Shown here piece after piece: positions 32,001 to 40,600 of a DNA stretch of 64,000 nucleotides. The DNA lies in IMG/VR virus record IMGVR_UViG_3300042346_000188, positions 1 to 64,000 of that record; one strand, given 5' to 3'. This DNA comes from a virus. The notes below the pieces were generated by a model, which was not told where the DNA came from, searched no databases, and saw only the letters and a program-made list of their open reading frames with translations. Position numbers and translations under genes: made by a program. The first letter of the stretch is position 1; each line of letters begins with the position of its first letter.

Positions 32001-33135
32001 AGCTGAACAAGCCGCTGAGTCTTTGTTAGCCGCATCTCAACACTTAGAAACAGCCGCAACAGCCTTAGAAAACTTTGCAGCCACTGGCAGTATGGGTGGC
32101 GGTGCTGGTGGTTTTGGCGGTCTTAATGGCAGTACAATCGGCTTAAACGGCATTCCAGAGGGTATGACAAATTTCTCTAGACAGACAGGTATGGAGGGTG
32201 CAACCACTCAGGGTATTGCCGATACAAGCGGTTATGGCGCTACGCCTGGATTAACACCAATATCTAGTGTAGGTATGGGTGATCTATCGGCTTCAGGTGG
32301 TATGGTTGGTGGTGGCGGTGGAATGTTTGATGGTATTTTTGACTTCTTTTCAAAATTAGATTTTGGTAAGATGTTTGGAAGTCTTGGCAGTCTGTTTGGT
32401 CTTGGGGCTGCTACTGGTGGACATATTGTTGGCCCAGGTTCTGGTACTTCTGACTCTATTCCAGCTAACTTGTCTAACGGTGAGTTTGTCGTAAACGCAG
32501 CAGCTACTAAGGGTAATCTAGGGTTATTACACTCTATCAACGCTGGTAAAAAGGTTCAACATCGTGCCCTAGGCGGTTTGCTAACAATGATTCCAGGACT
32601 AGTTGGTGGTATTGGTGGTATGATTAAAGGCGGTGGCGGAGGTGGTGCAGGTGGTATTATGGGCATGATTTCGCAGTTACTTGGCCCCTTAATGAAGCTG
32701 TTTGGTGGCGGTGCAGGTGGTGGCGGTATTATGAGTTTATTTGGCGGTACTAAAGCAGCTACTGGTGGAAAGATTGTTGGACCAGGCTCTGGTACTTCGG
32801 ACTCTATTCCTGCAATGATATCTAATGGCGAATTTGTTGTTAATGCCGCAGCTACTAAGGCAAACCTTGGTCTTTTACATAGCTTAAATAGTAGTCGTCA
32901 ACGTTTTGCAGAAGGTGGTCTAGCTGGTGTTTCAAGTGGCATTATGACAACACCAACTGCAAAAGGCTTTAAACCGGTATCAGTAGACAAGTCAACAAAG
33001 AGTACTCAACAGGTGGTTAACCTTAATATAACAGGTGACATCTCTCGTCAAACTAAGTCAGAAATCTTTAAGATGATGCCTACAATTGCGAGTGGTGTTA
33101 ATTTACAAAATAAAGAAGCAGGAATTAAACGATAA
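20077..33135 (+). CDS. Tape measure protein with internal lytic transglycosylase (SLT) domain
   Basis: QLGQGFSSGTLRGEELNSVMEQTP tape-measure motif; AIATNET...AVSSAGAVGIMQLM...AYNAGEG (SLT, ~29160-29570); three C-terminal GG...TSDSIPA.LS.GEFV repeats. Confidence 0.92.
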   Translation: MSGIVIEVDANTRKAQRNLEEVNTAVKSISHSVNAMTDGFKSAFVAIGSTFAADQLLRYVEDTTSSLQEMENKVALIVGKSNELYDTQVRLRNIADETKGTYSETVEVFTAMGRAMRGTNVDIERLLRSSKTIQQAVAISGSSAESSKAALVQLGQGFSSGTLRGEELNSVMEQTPRIAAMIADSMGVTLGQMRLIAAQGEVTSEVIFKALADQAERINKEFTNIVPTLSKSLIKMKENAAYAFAEFDKGLELSDKLSKNIFGVSEALGASIDKAYLLGYALKVALKSYNTPLKDLLEPITEFLDISIYMFRHALDTIGFTRFVTSVIEPMQTKFVAFVDVAMTKWKMFGSLLRSNKGNDSFYIIKPLKEIGNITFLTMRNSLITVEAQLTSVVQGVTGRFRAFIIKEMRSFNIGGEIAWFKISKSIIENLQESFLGINSVGAILKATTSALFVELGSSLGGLLQDLGDSLAQYDLFERIFGITTATSKLAKITGNLINTATKFGSDFFSAVIDTSETFVDELYYTLAEGLNTVLPKFAKIDMPIAFKLDALITSAEESLDGLLNSFVTFSERLAKLDLFGMLVKGLSELGVIAVDVFNVLIHWVTTFTNLVVKSDIGAWFVRAIDGIGFYADKLRNILAPIQAFGDAVIEVFFKVYDAVIGHSWWTDTVETIIYTSANLWGNTKKGLGDFGNSVIDLFENIYDKIGNILTKVAKLDFSKTMGKLNAKLYAYSPDLAGYAVSIEDSIGKAVTFLQVAFTNTKLFDGLRYSFAASMGAGFTFLEQRFRAWIATWPIALRQAFSVAAMAMVFKSLPKVIAEGVMGGWLLASAIISSTSLAITLTANTFDKSLGVELGKMAGDLAAGVVNGSVVDIPRLIGEAFAFIGNFMQNFLTGIPYVGVLFAGIFKIASLFGSGPAVGVLGAWLFGGTAVRLLSELGIYRKTMGDIVTRQRSFQSFFSGTYTGSKSGGPPTPLGKISQAFFNDTNRTQSLAIMGLGMDVSGMFNSLYKDNVIGHAIARGGLIWLALTGESGLQSMKTNILAPIMANLYSVLDRSPMWWKIKDKWNREVTSSAAGGFVGLTQWMAREAGTLATFVHDRLAMAFSNSNKIGGATFMQHLLLGRGANSFDIVDRFILQVESAMVRMKERIGRISGVGGILGWLIPSQKTVFMMLAGLALALSAMATQAAETNFDNKFVKVSKGGDKEQMAKDGNLNQYGKYTNDIKGITEEWNLAATIGNPLQAIKDAWDTINVTATQWLLGITAGATVFLIVAKELKRTLTATYAEVDRAGLVMTAISYLVKSTFRIITSTIVEALRLLYFETVSFKREKLTGLAYATAMIQSALAVIVRFIAAIYIPQAFGLGGMGMGIGALAAWAAYSSGPAVALRMAANKKLEAALLMRDTLLMKLDNKFANLAYLNARVPTSTGVLRSVDILLQTAAAAGAMVSGRLRSLPAGMLKESIAEGRGAHIAQYVASTSYAGAAQQVAMGISASKQALINKLDTAKMFNRTGVQESLAVFTMLEDKFIRFASTLKAIRSVLDSGMSILGAAATYRAMSSMMALYIVGNLVNAFANPKKRGEQEGFLGSGHAIGMDYFGNMPFFGGEVPLSHLLVPGAMGIWMLKSAKRVGLARAHDVSFAKQTARYEKTYASQIAADASALNQYKAQQAIYESTVAANPAASMVPPIVPTATAPARPVKKSQIELEARDAKKRAFMEWQKNSEDRAWMARQESKLFQKQGLGTAAEYLAMTTMQQRDTGVRATRQGFMQGRYDERMAAGRGSVIRHTMPAVAGAGVAGLGMMAVGGYLGAKAGSSMSDGSQEGISLGAVIGAGLAGWIGKDVVTSLFNVLKNTKNLALFKWTWIPVAMAMAWDSISTAHKTIWDRIIGLWDSFKNMIGLKEEPKDLKTGLGQSNMVEAAKLGISPSFDISKIDMEKLSYSESTILKDTLKKADEALNAAHAERLRLGYVTDETASAANESLKALARMSKEFAAKTKINVEETANQMLLLSRKNDLDPTRGTQAKDFIGGNWKELLGAVAMTVLGSKLKLLAPLGAELAPAAAGTSNAARYGRYISDKGGNIVRVAASFIGLKGMQEDMSTAIASGAVEGLSVGLMVPGPYKAVSGAIGLAVGAGIGAATSAFSSRKEDYQRRDFVEFPSSQGYVPSIPTTYNPMESQRPDYLTVATSDAERARLEAENLRKSFINSIKESTSAYNQMDKGSGLAAEYSDRLAELNKTYHGFKATQYEIGDSGAINNKELNAKYYRKLKENVEALQEWTDASIKQTEFLRKVSAREAIAKNEPGFWKPLGVTLDNLKDFQLSGPQFAVGQDVKKRADTLVHQTQFSDNADSNANLFEKKRLADKRIYLQTLEADKYLNSGMALTKLGNDISLALGDEVKYLSEDITNNLRERIRKIQFVEEQALTRIQLPSLENLDAMPLADRSAAKIRNQVLMDKYNSDVERADARKKALPGFRFGTRYAALDAVTKTPEAMSAKMTNLYAADATKALANYRELGLEQTNDLMLTKERLSVIRDYAVSEHKLDLLVDVDKLISSVDKALTPLQLTVSAALENAFAGLSDQAVTFLPADTFIELKSIGTQIARIKKDLDDPESQFLPQEDLIAKKNALKDLKARAEDLVAVLQTATGDTMLAAVSDLGLSVTQRASVSLSQMKAALALKNGIASVAGQLANTTDPTEQQRLIQKAAGYENTRDLLKFTATLDKSGFNTVAEALGLDLNKLSNKGKSLLKEFSGLAKYINILKADSVQLNSQAAIDKYLSNLTALARLTERVQMTNKQNTLEILGDLAGGKTSVNLAEQLSLGVVNGLSNTSKVLKQKLSEAIADSGDVLDGVALKIAKGIDALSSYQPLIAFFDSLADKAETAIHGGIGRALEQVNKAFPDLKIDATVMGKMDAGARKSLTDKAYNVNILRELQTKPLNEDQAKVLNRLGELGPEKTIEEFAKVGKSLLESIGITDIQLNTVALDGVQNALKFNTDAINANTSSLGGKPPPASENTGIVTPKSEFKNTGTQYDEMFKKYGEMNNVPPALLKAIATNETANFDTKAVSSAGAVGIMQLMKATGDRFGVTDRTNAEQSIAGAGKYLRYLMDKFPTLEEVSAAYNAGEGSVERANAKAKANGGSFKDYLPRPKETVPYTGRVMADYANFSKPVEPPKITEKYIEYGDKIGSQLNKFFSYKPPANEVPFGFSTNLENFIPKKSDIELPDAQMAYEDFKPFKVTLSKPNKPTTTVNGGTDLDTNMNGINITARDKRDDIYKSLDSFDRMFGDFGTADLADTMDKIREGLKATGEGNPAYDAQHIAEKIADQIGVNTNLPDLKLGALPDTSIKTVGSQVDLKPFTNALEVYGNSVPTEAPTVMDTFRGSNKPLAGQYGDALGLDPKALQTLSAGQFSALDTMTAARANVQQQLTEGLGTKGYDASAATQALKNLDDQINSFVEGVNANVAELKVDKAGAYMAANKNNITGFLGKFSSIGTEVTGMMNEADKATAKSMAIQKLYLEDKLAKDSIAGKSTQETSKQLADLADAEGYLKDKTLEAANAVREAGKAFADSITSTFKDAFKGLLNRESDKGKSVFKTFTDKLVKGIKDQTVDIFTNAVTDSIGLGKGGLFTKMLSRTGAGLSSGFRALGGGVQSLLSGKGSWSGFTSGVSSWFSDLTANLDNATPEEIQMAAATKFSDAVDRFAGGGAISGAANAATGSGIGGALMSAMPWVGGAAGVAGLGYMATKGGDWSSGLKDLGANFTTKAGSALTPSGNPMETLDPRTGLFGKMDPFDADVTGLFNNKSSSNKNGWSAGLSDSLAKSTPDTTGLWDIIMKPIKWFFSLIGDGFTGIMSFFTGAGQGVGTSSGKPESATSPLDSFKLKFANGGPVSGGGTTTSDSIPAMLSDGEFVINAKSTRENREMLERINRGEVVKRSLGGIVSMGTSLAGRAIGGKTGTALSSLGSIASGVAGMLSSQQAEQAAESLLAASQHLETAATALENFAATGSMGGGAGGFGGLNGSTIGLNGIPEGMTNFSRQTGMEGATTQGIADTSGYGATPGLTPISSVGMGDLSASGGMVGGGGGMFDGIFDFFSKLDFGKMFGSLGSLFGLGAATGGHIVGPGSGTSDSIPANLSNGEFVVNAAATKGNLGLLHSINAGKKVQHRALGGLLTMIPGLVGGIGGMIKGGGGGGAGGIMGMISQLLGPLMKLFGGGAGGGGIMSLFGGTKAATGGKIVGPGSGTSDSIPAMISNGEFVVNAAATKANLGLLHSLNSSRQRFAEGGLAGVSSGIMTTPTAKGFKPVSVDKSTKSTQQVVNLNITGDISRQTKSEIFKMMPTIASGVNLQNKEAGIKR

Positions 33136-33767
33136 TGATACACGGTATCCTAGATGATTCAGGCAATATAATTGCATCCTTTGTAGTCCCTTTGACTGTA
33201 AAGAGCAATCAGCCAGTATTTGTCTCGGATACCCTTTCGTTAAAGCGTGCGATCCAACGTAGATCTTCTCAGAGATGGGAGATAGAGACTCGTCTATCTC
33301 CTCTCAAGGAATCAGCTAACGATTTGATGGTAAACTTTATAACAAAGGGTTTCGATACAATACATCAAATTATAGTCCCACAAAATTATGCTGTTTTTAC
33401 AAAAACAACTGCAGCGGGGCTTGTTCAAACAGATTCAGTTAATAGAGTAGCAGGCGTAAATCAGCTTGCTATTGCTATGACAGCTATAAATGCAGGCAAG
33501 TTAATACCAAAAGGTGCATTTATTAAATTTGCAAATCACTCTAAAATCTATATGGTTATAGAGAACTGTAGTATGTCAGCTTCACAGGTGACAGCACTTA
33601 AGATATTTCCACAGTTAAGACAAGCGGTCCCAGCAGGTACACTAATCACATATAGTGATGATGTTAGAATGTCTGTACGATATGATACAGAAGTGGTAAC
33701 CGGAATGGTATATGAAGACGGGTTACTAATGGATAATGGCGTTATTAAATTAATAGAGGCGTTATGA
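33135..33767 (+). CDS. Distal tail protein (putative)
   Basis: Follows tape measure; IKFANHSKIYMV and IFPQLR motifs. Confidence 0.6.
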   Translation: MIHGILDDSGNIIASFVVPLTVKSNQPVFVSDTLSLKRAIQRRSSQRWEIETRLSPLKESANDLMVNFITKGFDTIHQIIVPQNYAVFTKTTAAGLVQTDSVNRVAGVNQLAIAMTAINAGKLIPKGAFIKFANHSKIYMVIENCSMSASQVTALKIFPQLRQAVPAGTLITYSDDVRMSVRYDTEVVTGMVYEDGLLMDNGVIKLIEAL

Positions 33768-34600
33768 TAATTTTCCCCCCAAATGTACAGTGGGCACTAC
33801 AACAAGATACTATTGAAGCGTTTTATATGCTTCGTATTCTACAAGAAACACACTGTACAATAGCTGCAGCGGCGGCAGGCACCACTACTATAAGCTTATT
33901 GCCTGCAATTCCAACACAAAATAAAGTAATAAGAGCTGGGACAGTTGTTACGTTTGCAGGTGATACAAAGAAATACTCAGTTGTTACGGGAGGAGATCTC
34001 TCTGATACTACAGCAACTACCGTGACTATCTCACCAGCTCTGACAAGTGCAAAGCTTGTAAATACAAAAGTTACATTTGAATATAATGTAATACACAGTA
34101 CAAGCTTATTCATGGATATAGATCTTCTAGATTCTGCAGGTCTTCCTGTGCTAGGGCATAGTTACGTTGCAGATGACACAATTGCAAGTGTAGATGCACC
34201 ACAAGCTACTACTAATGTAGATAGAGAGCAATTTAGAATTTTACTGAGTGATCCGCGCTTAGAGTCAATGGAAACTGTGTTTAACAACCTAGTTGGCTAT
34301 CCTATTGAAGTTAGACTAGGTTTTTTAAATATTGACACTTGTATGCCTTTCCTCAGCCTTTCTGACACCATTATAGTATATAAAGGTCGTGTAGACAGCA
34401 CGGCATACTCAATCAAGACACAAGAGATGGGTGAAGCTGTATTACAAGTAACTGGTTCAAGTCCAATGAGAAGCTTAGATGCAAAGAATTCACTATTCTT
34501 AAGCAGAGATTACGTACGACAGCTAAGTCCGAATGATTCTTCTTGTGATCAAATCTTTGAAGGTTCAGAAGCACTAGTATTAAAGTGGGGTAGAATCTAA
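33764..34600 (+). CDS. Tail tip/hub protein (putative)
   Basis: Synteny; YKGRVD and terminal LKWG motifs. Confidence 0.55.
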   Translation: MIIFPPNVQWALQQDTIEAFYMLRILQETHCTIAAAAAGTTTISLLPAIPTQNKVIRAGTVVTFAGDTKKYSVVTGGDLSDTTATTVTISPALTSAKLVNTKVTFEYNVIHSTSLFMDIDLLDSAGLPVLGHSYVADDTIASVDAPQATTNVDREQFRILLSDPRLESMETVFNNLVGYPIEVRLGFLNIDTCMPFLSLSDTIIVYKGRVDSTAYSIKTQEMGEAVLQVTGSSPMRSLDAKNSLFLSRDYVRQLSPNDSSCDQIFEGSEALVLKWGRI

Positions 34601-37600
34601 TGGTATTTTTAACATTAACACTTGCCACCTGGATTATGATAGCAATGGTTGCTATTTCAGTTGGGATGACAATTTATAGTTTAATGCAAACACCACCAGC
34701 CTTCGATACGAGTGCTTTGGAAGCCCGTAAGGGAGCTGAAGTTGTTATTGAAGGAAAGTCAGAAGATCTTCCATTAGTTTACGGAAGAGCTTTAGTAGGC
34801 GGTTCACGTGTATTTCATGCAGTATCTAGTGATTTTAATTATGTAGCATCTAATGCAGATAAAACGTTTGCAACAGGCGTTAACCATACGGTAACTTGGT
34901 TTACAGAGTTTTACTTAGTTAATAATCCTCGTGCAGTAAATGCAATATTAGAAAAGAGAGGTACTACAGGTACAACTGAGGTTCTCACTCAATTAGCAAA
35001 AAGTATTAACGGTAGGAAGAATGAATTTTTATATTTTCAACAAGCACTTTGCCAAGGCCCGATTGGGGGTGTAATTGATGTTGTACTAGAATCATCACGA
35101 TACTTAGATGATGCAACCTTAGCTACTTTTGGTGCTCCAGATGATCTTAATACTGGTGAAAAGCATAAATGGAGTGATCCGAAAAAGGCACGTACAGCTG
35201 TTAGGATTGATGTACATTATGATGCAGGGATGAATATCGCAGATAGTATCATTGCAGCTAATTTTCCTGAAAGATCAGATGCTACATTTAACAATATTGT
35301 GTATGCCAGTGCTACAGTACGTACAGACAGAGATGATCCACAATTTAGTGCGCCACCCAGGCTACAGTTCTATATAGAGGGCAAGAAAGTTCGTAAAGTT
35401 GTAAACGGAGTATTAAATACAAACTTTGAGTATAGTAATAACCCAGCCTGGTGTTTGTTAGATTATCTATTAGACGGTCTTTCTGGTGCGTCAATTCCTG
35501 TTGAAGAGATTAATCTTCCAAGCTTTGAAGCTGCTTCTTTAGTCTGTGATTATATTGTTGCAGAAGATGTGACGACAGCTGGAAAGATTTGGCAGAATAC
35601 AGAAGGTACTCGCAATATTCATACGCGAGATCTACCTCTTTATGAATGCAATATGATCATTGATACTAAGAAGCCAATTAGAGATAATATTACCGGCATG
35701 TTAACTAGTATGGGTGATGCTCGTTTAATATGGTCACAGGGGCAATATAGACTTAGCCTCCAATATACACACACAAGTAATGATGACTTGTTCATTGTAG
35801 CTGAGCTTGGTGAAGATGACTTAGTGCTTGATCAAGAAGTTGAAATCAATTTACCTTCAGCTAGTGATCGCTTAAATTATTGTACAGTTAAGTTTCATAA
35901 TGAATTGTCTAATTTTAAAGAAGATTCTGTAAGTTGGCCGCCTAAATTTCCCGGTAAAGTTTATAAGGGTGTTGGTGGTAAGAAGTATCCTATTTCGGAT
36001 TATAGTTATACAGAAGATAACGAGGATGGCAGCTTTAATAGAGGCGCTAATCTGTTAAACTCTGTAGGTGTTTGGGGGTCTACTCTCAATACTACATACT
36101 TAAGCTATTACATCATTTTGACTTATGAAGATGTTATGGATCCTGATAACAACGACCTAATCAAACCTGTTAAGGTGCAGTACACAGGTGATAATGAAAT
36201 TAGGATTCGTATTAAAAACAAAACCAATACTATTACCTACTTAGATGCTCAACACAAAGATTGGAAATCACAAAAAGAATCTATAGTTACGTTGCCTATT
36301 CTAAAAGGTGAAACACAAGTTTTCCATATAGAAATAGACGGGACTAATACTCAGAAGGAAAAAGCCGTAGCTGCTAGAATAGTTAACGGCCCTAAAATAC
36401 TGTGGACAACTCGTGAGTCAGCTTATTCAGATGTATTAGAGATTGATAATACAGATACAACATACTCAGTCTTCTTAGAAGAAGATGGCGGTACTAAGTT
36501 GGAGATGGAAACTTCAGTTGAAGCAATGACAGACCCTTATCATGCAGCAGCTAAAGCAGAAGAGTATGTACGAATGAGTAGATCCTCTTTCGTAATTAAG
36601 TTTAAATATGTTGTAAGACAAAACTATTTAGAGCCTGGAGATTTTGTTAAGCTTACTAGTCCTACCCTTAATCTTGCAGGTGAAATATTTAGAGTCAATT
36701 CTGTTAAGATTGTTGAGGGTCATAATTGTGAAGTAACTGCACAACGTTTTGATCACTTGCAGTTAGCTTGGTCACAAAAAGATGATCAGCATATGGTTCC
36801 GCCAAATATTTATAGTAATCTTTTTAATCCCCCAAGAAATCTTAAATACATACCTACAGGCAGCTCTCGATTAATTACATCAGGCACGTTAGTTTGGGAC
36901 GCTCCGGGTGATGCTGTAGATTTGGCTTATTACATTGTATCTGTACACGAAGCCGATGGCCCAACGCGGACTAACAACGCTCCAATCTTTAGAGAGCTAG
37001 GACGTGTAGCCGAAAGTTCTTTTGTATTACCTAAGCTAGAAGCTTTTAGTGCAATATTTTCAGTGATGGCTGTCAGTACATCTGGTCGTCGTTCTACTAC
37101 AATCTATACTGGTGATAAAGCACAAATAATAGATGTTTATGATTCGTATCTATTTGATGGGTTAACAGTATCACGTAGCGGTCTTACTGTAAACTGGACT
37201 GCTTGCAATGTTTATGAAAGTGGTGTTTTGTTAAAAGCTTTACCAGCAGGCACAGTTACATGGACAGAAGGTCTTTTATTTATTTACTTTGATTTTGTTA
37301 ACGACAAGATTATTAAGGCTACAACAGACTATACTCAGGTTTATAATGGCGTTGTATTGGCAACATTTGATGGTGTTGAGTTTAACCTTAGTGTATCCGA
37401 ACTAGATGCACCTACAGTATTAACTGTTGAAGGCCGTACTGATACAGTGTTTGATTCTAAAGATGCTAAAATTGTCTGGCAAGCTAATTCTTCAAATCTA
37501 TCAGCAAGTACTTTCTTAAAACATTATCTTGTTCAAGTACTTACTACAGCAGATGTATTAAAGAAAGCTTATGTAATTACGCCTGACAAAGATGATGCAG

Positions 37601-40600
37601 GCTCTCTGTTAATTACTGATACAATGAATTTAGAGTTATTTGGTACATTAACTCGTAGCTTTAAAGTGCGTGTCTATACAGTTGATTCTGCAGGATTATT
37701 ATCTGCAACACCTAAAGTTTCTACTATTACAAATGCAGCACCTTTAGTAACAACCTTAGAGCTAACACCAACTGTTAAAGCTGTCTTTGTAAAAGCTGCA
37801 ATTATGTCTGAAGATGATATTGTAAAATATGAATTCAAACAGTATGCAACGGAAACAATAGCAACTGCAGAAAACACAATAACAACAGTTAGTAATAGTT
37901 GTACCTTTGCCACAGCTGATGATTTAGATCGTTGGTATACAGTGACAGGGTATGATTACTATGGTGTTGGTATTGAGTCCGCTCGTGTTAAAGAAAAATC
38001 ATTAGCGCAACCACAGTCTACTGGCTATGCGTTCTTACGATATGCAAGTGATACGGCACCTGTTGCGCCGACTGGCGGTACGTACCTGTTGCCAGTACCC
38101 ACAAAAGGCACAGCAACCGACCCACTTGGCACGTTGGCGTGGAGCGATGGCATCCCTGATGGCACGGCACGCTTGTGGCAGACAGCGCGAATATTCACGG
38201 CTAACGAGCAACCACCGCATCAAACTGCGTGGCAAACACCTGTATTAGTTGCAAACAGTGCTACAATTAAGTATCAATATAGTTCTGTCAATCCGCCTAC
38301 AACCGCTGATGCAGATTGGGCAGATGGCCCAGGAATAGCAACTTTGTATATGAGAGTTGGTACTTCAAAAGATGGTATTAATGGTCCATGGGTTTGGGGA
38401 GCAGCGTTTAAAGTTAAAGGTGAAGCACCACAGTCTAGCTTTGTATCTACTGTATTTGCGAGAGCTACAGGTAGTGTTGTTCCTGATTTACCTACTGGCG
38501 GTACTTATCCGCGTGGATTACCTGCTGGAAGTATATGGAAGGATGGCATTCCTGGCGGCACAGGTAAGATTTATACATCTAGTAGGCTATTTACTAGTGA
38601 TGCTTTAACTCCACAAGATCCTGCCTGGTCTACAGTAACATTAATGGTAACTAACGATAAGACTAAATTTCAGCTTAATAATAGTGATCCTATTTCTGCT
38701 ACTGGCTGGTATGATTCTGACGATGCGAGTAAAGACCCTACGCTTGCGATTTATATGCGTATTAATTATTCTGAAGATGGCGGGACTACTTGGACTTATG
38801 GATTGCCTTCAAAGATAAAAGGTGAAAAGGGCGACCCTAGCTATACAAGTTTTATTAGTACTGTATTTACAAGAACAACAGGTAAGCCATTACCAACGCC
38901 TGTAGCACCTACTGCTGGTACCTTTGCAACAGATGGGTTGCCAAATGATGGTGTATGGGTAGATGGTATACCTCCATTACCGGGTGTATTGTGGAGTAGT
39001 TATAAGACATTTACAAACGATCCTAATGCAACTGCTGAGAGTTGGAGCACACCTGTACGTATTCTAGACGATGATAAAACAGACTACCAATTTAGTGTTA
39101 CAAACAGTTCTATAAATAGCACTTGGCAAGATGATGCATTCGAAGGTGCCGTATATATGCGTATTGGAACGTCTGTAGATGGTGTAAGTTTTACTTATGG
39201 ACCTGGTATTAAAATAAAAGGTGAGAAGGGTGATCCTGGTTTAATATCCTTTAAGAGTACTGTATTTACTAGACGTGCCGCAACCAACCCAGTAACAGCT
39301 GTACCTACTGGCGGCTCTTTTGATTCACCTAGACCTGGTCCTGATCAAATAGAATGGGAAGATGGTATACCAGAGGGTGACGGTATTGTATGGCAATCTT
39401 ATACTACTTTTGTAAATGACCCTAATGCAGCAACACCAGCATGGAGTACGCCTAAGGCTGTTTTAAATGATAATAATACAAAATATTACTTTAACACTGC
39501 TAATGTTGCTACGGGTTGGGTTACAGTCCCTAGCACAACTACTGAGTGGATGCGTATCGACACAAGTACTGATGGCTTCCTTACTACTGTAACTGGCACT
39601 CCATTCAAGATAAAAGGAGAACAAGGTGAGACTGGGTATACAGTATTTAAAAGCACTGTATTTACCAGACGTGCTGCTAATAACCCGCCTACATTCACAC
39701 CAACAGGTATTACTTCTGATAATCTGCCAACACAAGTAGAATGGGTAGACGGTATACCGCCTTTACCTGGTGTATTGTGGGAATCACATGCTTATATCAG
39801 CACTGACCCTGCTGTGACAACAGTCACCTGGTCTGAACCTAAGCAAATTTTAAATGATGTTAATACTAAACATTACTTTGCTACAACTAACTCTGCAGTG
39901 GATAGTGATTGGTCTTTAACGCCAAGCACAACTACAGAGTGGATGAGGATTGATACGAGTATTGACGGATTCATGACGACTTCTGTTAAGGGCACACCAT
40001 TTAAAATTAAAGGTGAAAAAGGTGAAACAGGGTCTGGTATTGACATACGACTAACAAATGATTTAGCTTATATACCAACGGATCTTAGCAATGTCTCAGA
40101 TTATTCAAAGGCTGCTACAGGTATTGTTGTTCAGAATAATAATGTAGATGTTGCGTATTCAGCTACAGCAGTCACACTTGTAGGTGCTTTACCAAACACT
40201 TATAGTGTTACTCTGGAAAAGGAGAGTTTAACAGGCACACCCTCTTTAGAAGTAATTAATGGTATTGTAACTAGTAAAGACTTTGGTACTATCACTCAAG
40301 GTGTTGCTAAATTAACTTTTGTTGTAACTATAAAAGATCAGTATGGAAATATACTAGGGCCGTTTAAGAAGTCACAAACGCTAGTTAAACAATTTCCTAA
40401 TGGTACTTTAGAGCTATTAGCAACTTCTGCAGCGCAGTTAAGCGTATTAGACACTGTATTACCGCTTGTTACGAATATTAATGTCACGTATTCTCCTGAT
40501 AAAAATGGCGATGGCTTTGCTGATGGGACAATAACCTGGGACTACCCTGTTGATGCGGCTATATCAGGTTTTGTTGTTTGTTACAATAATGTAAGATATT

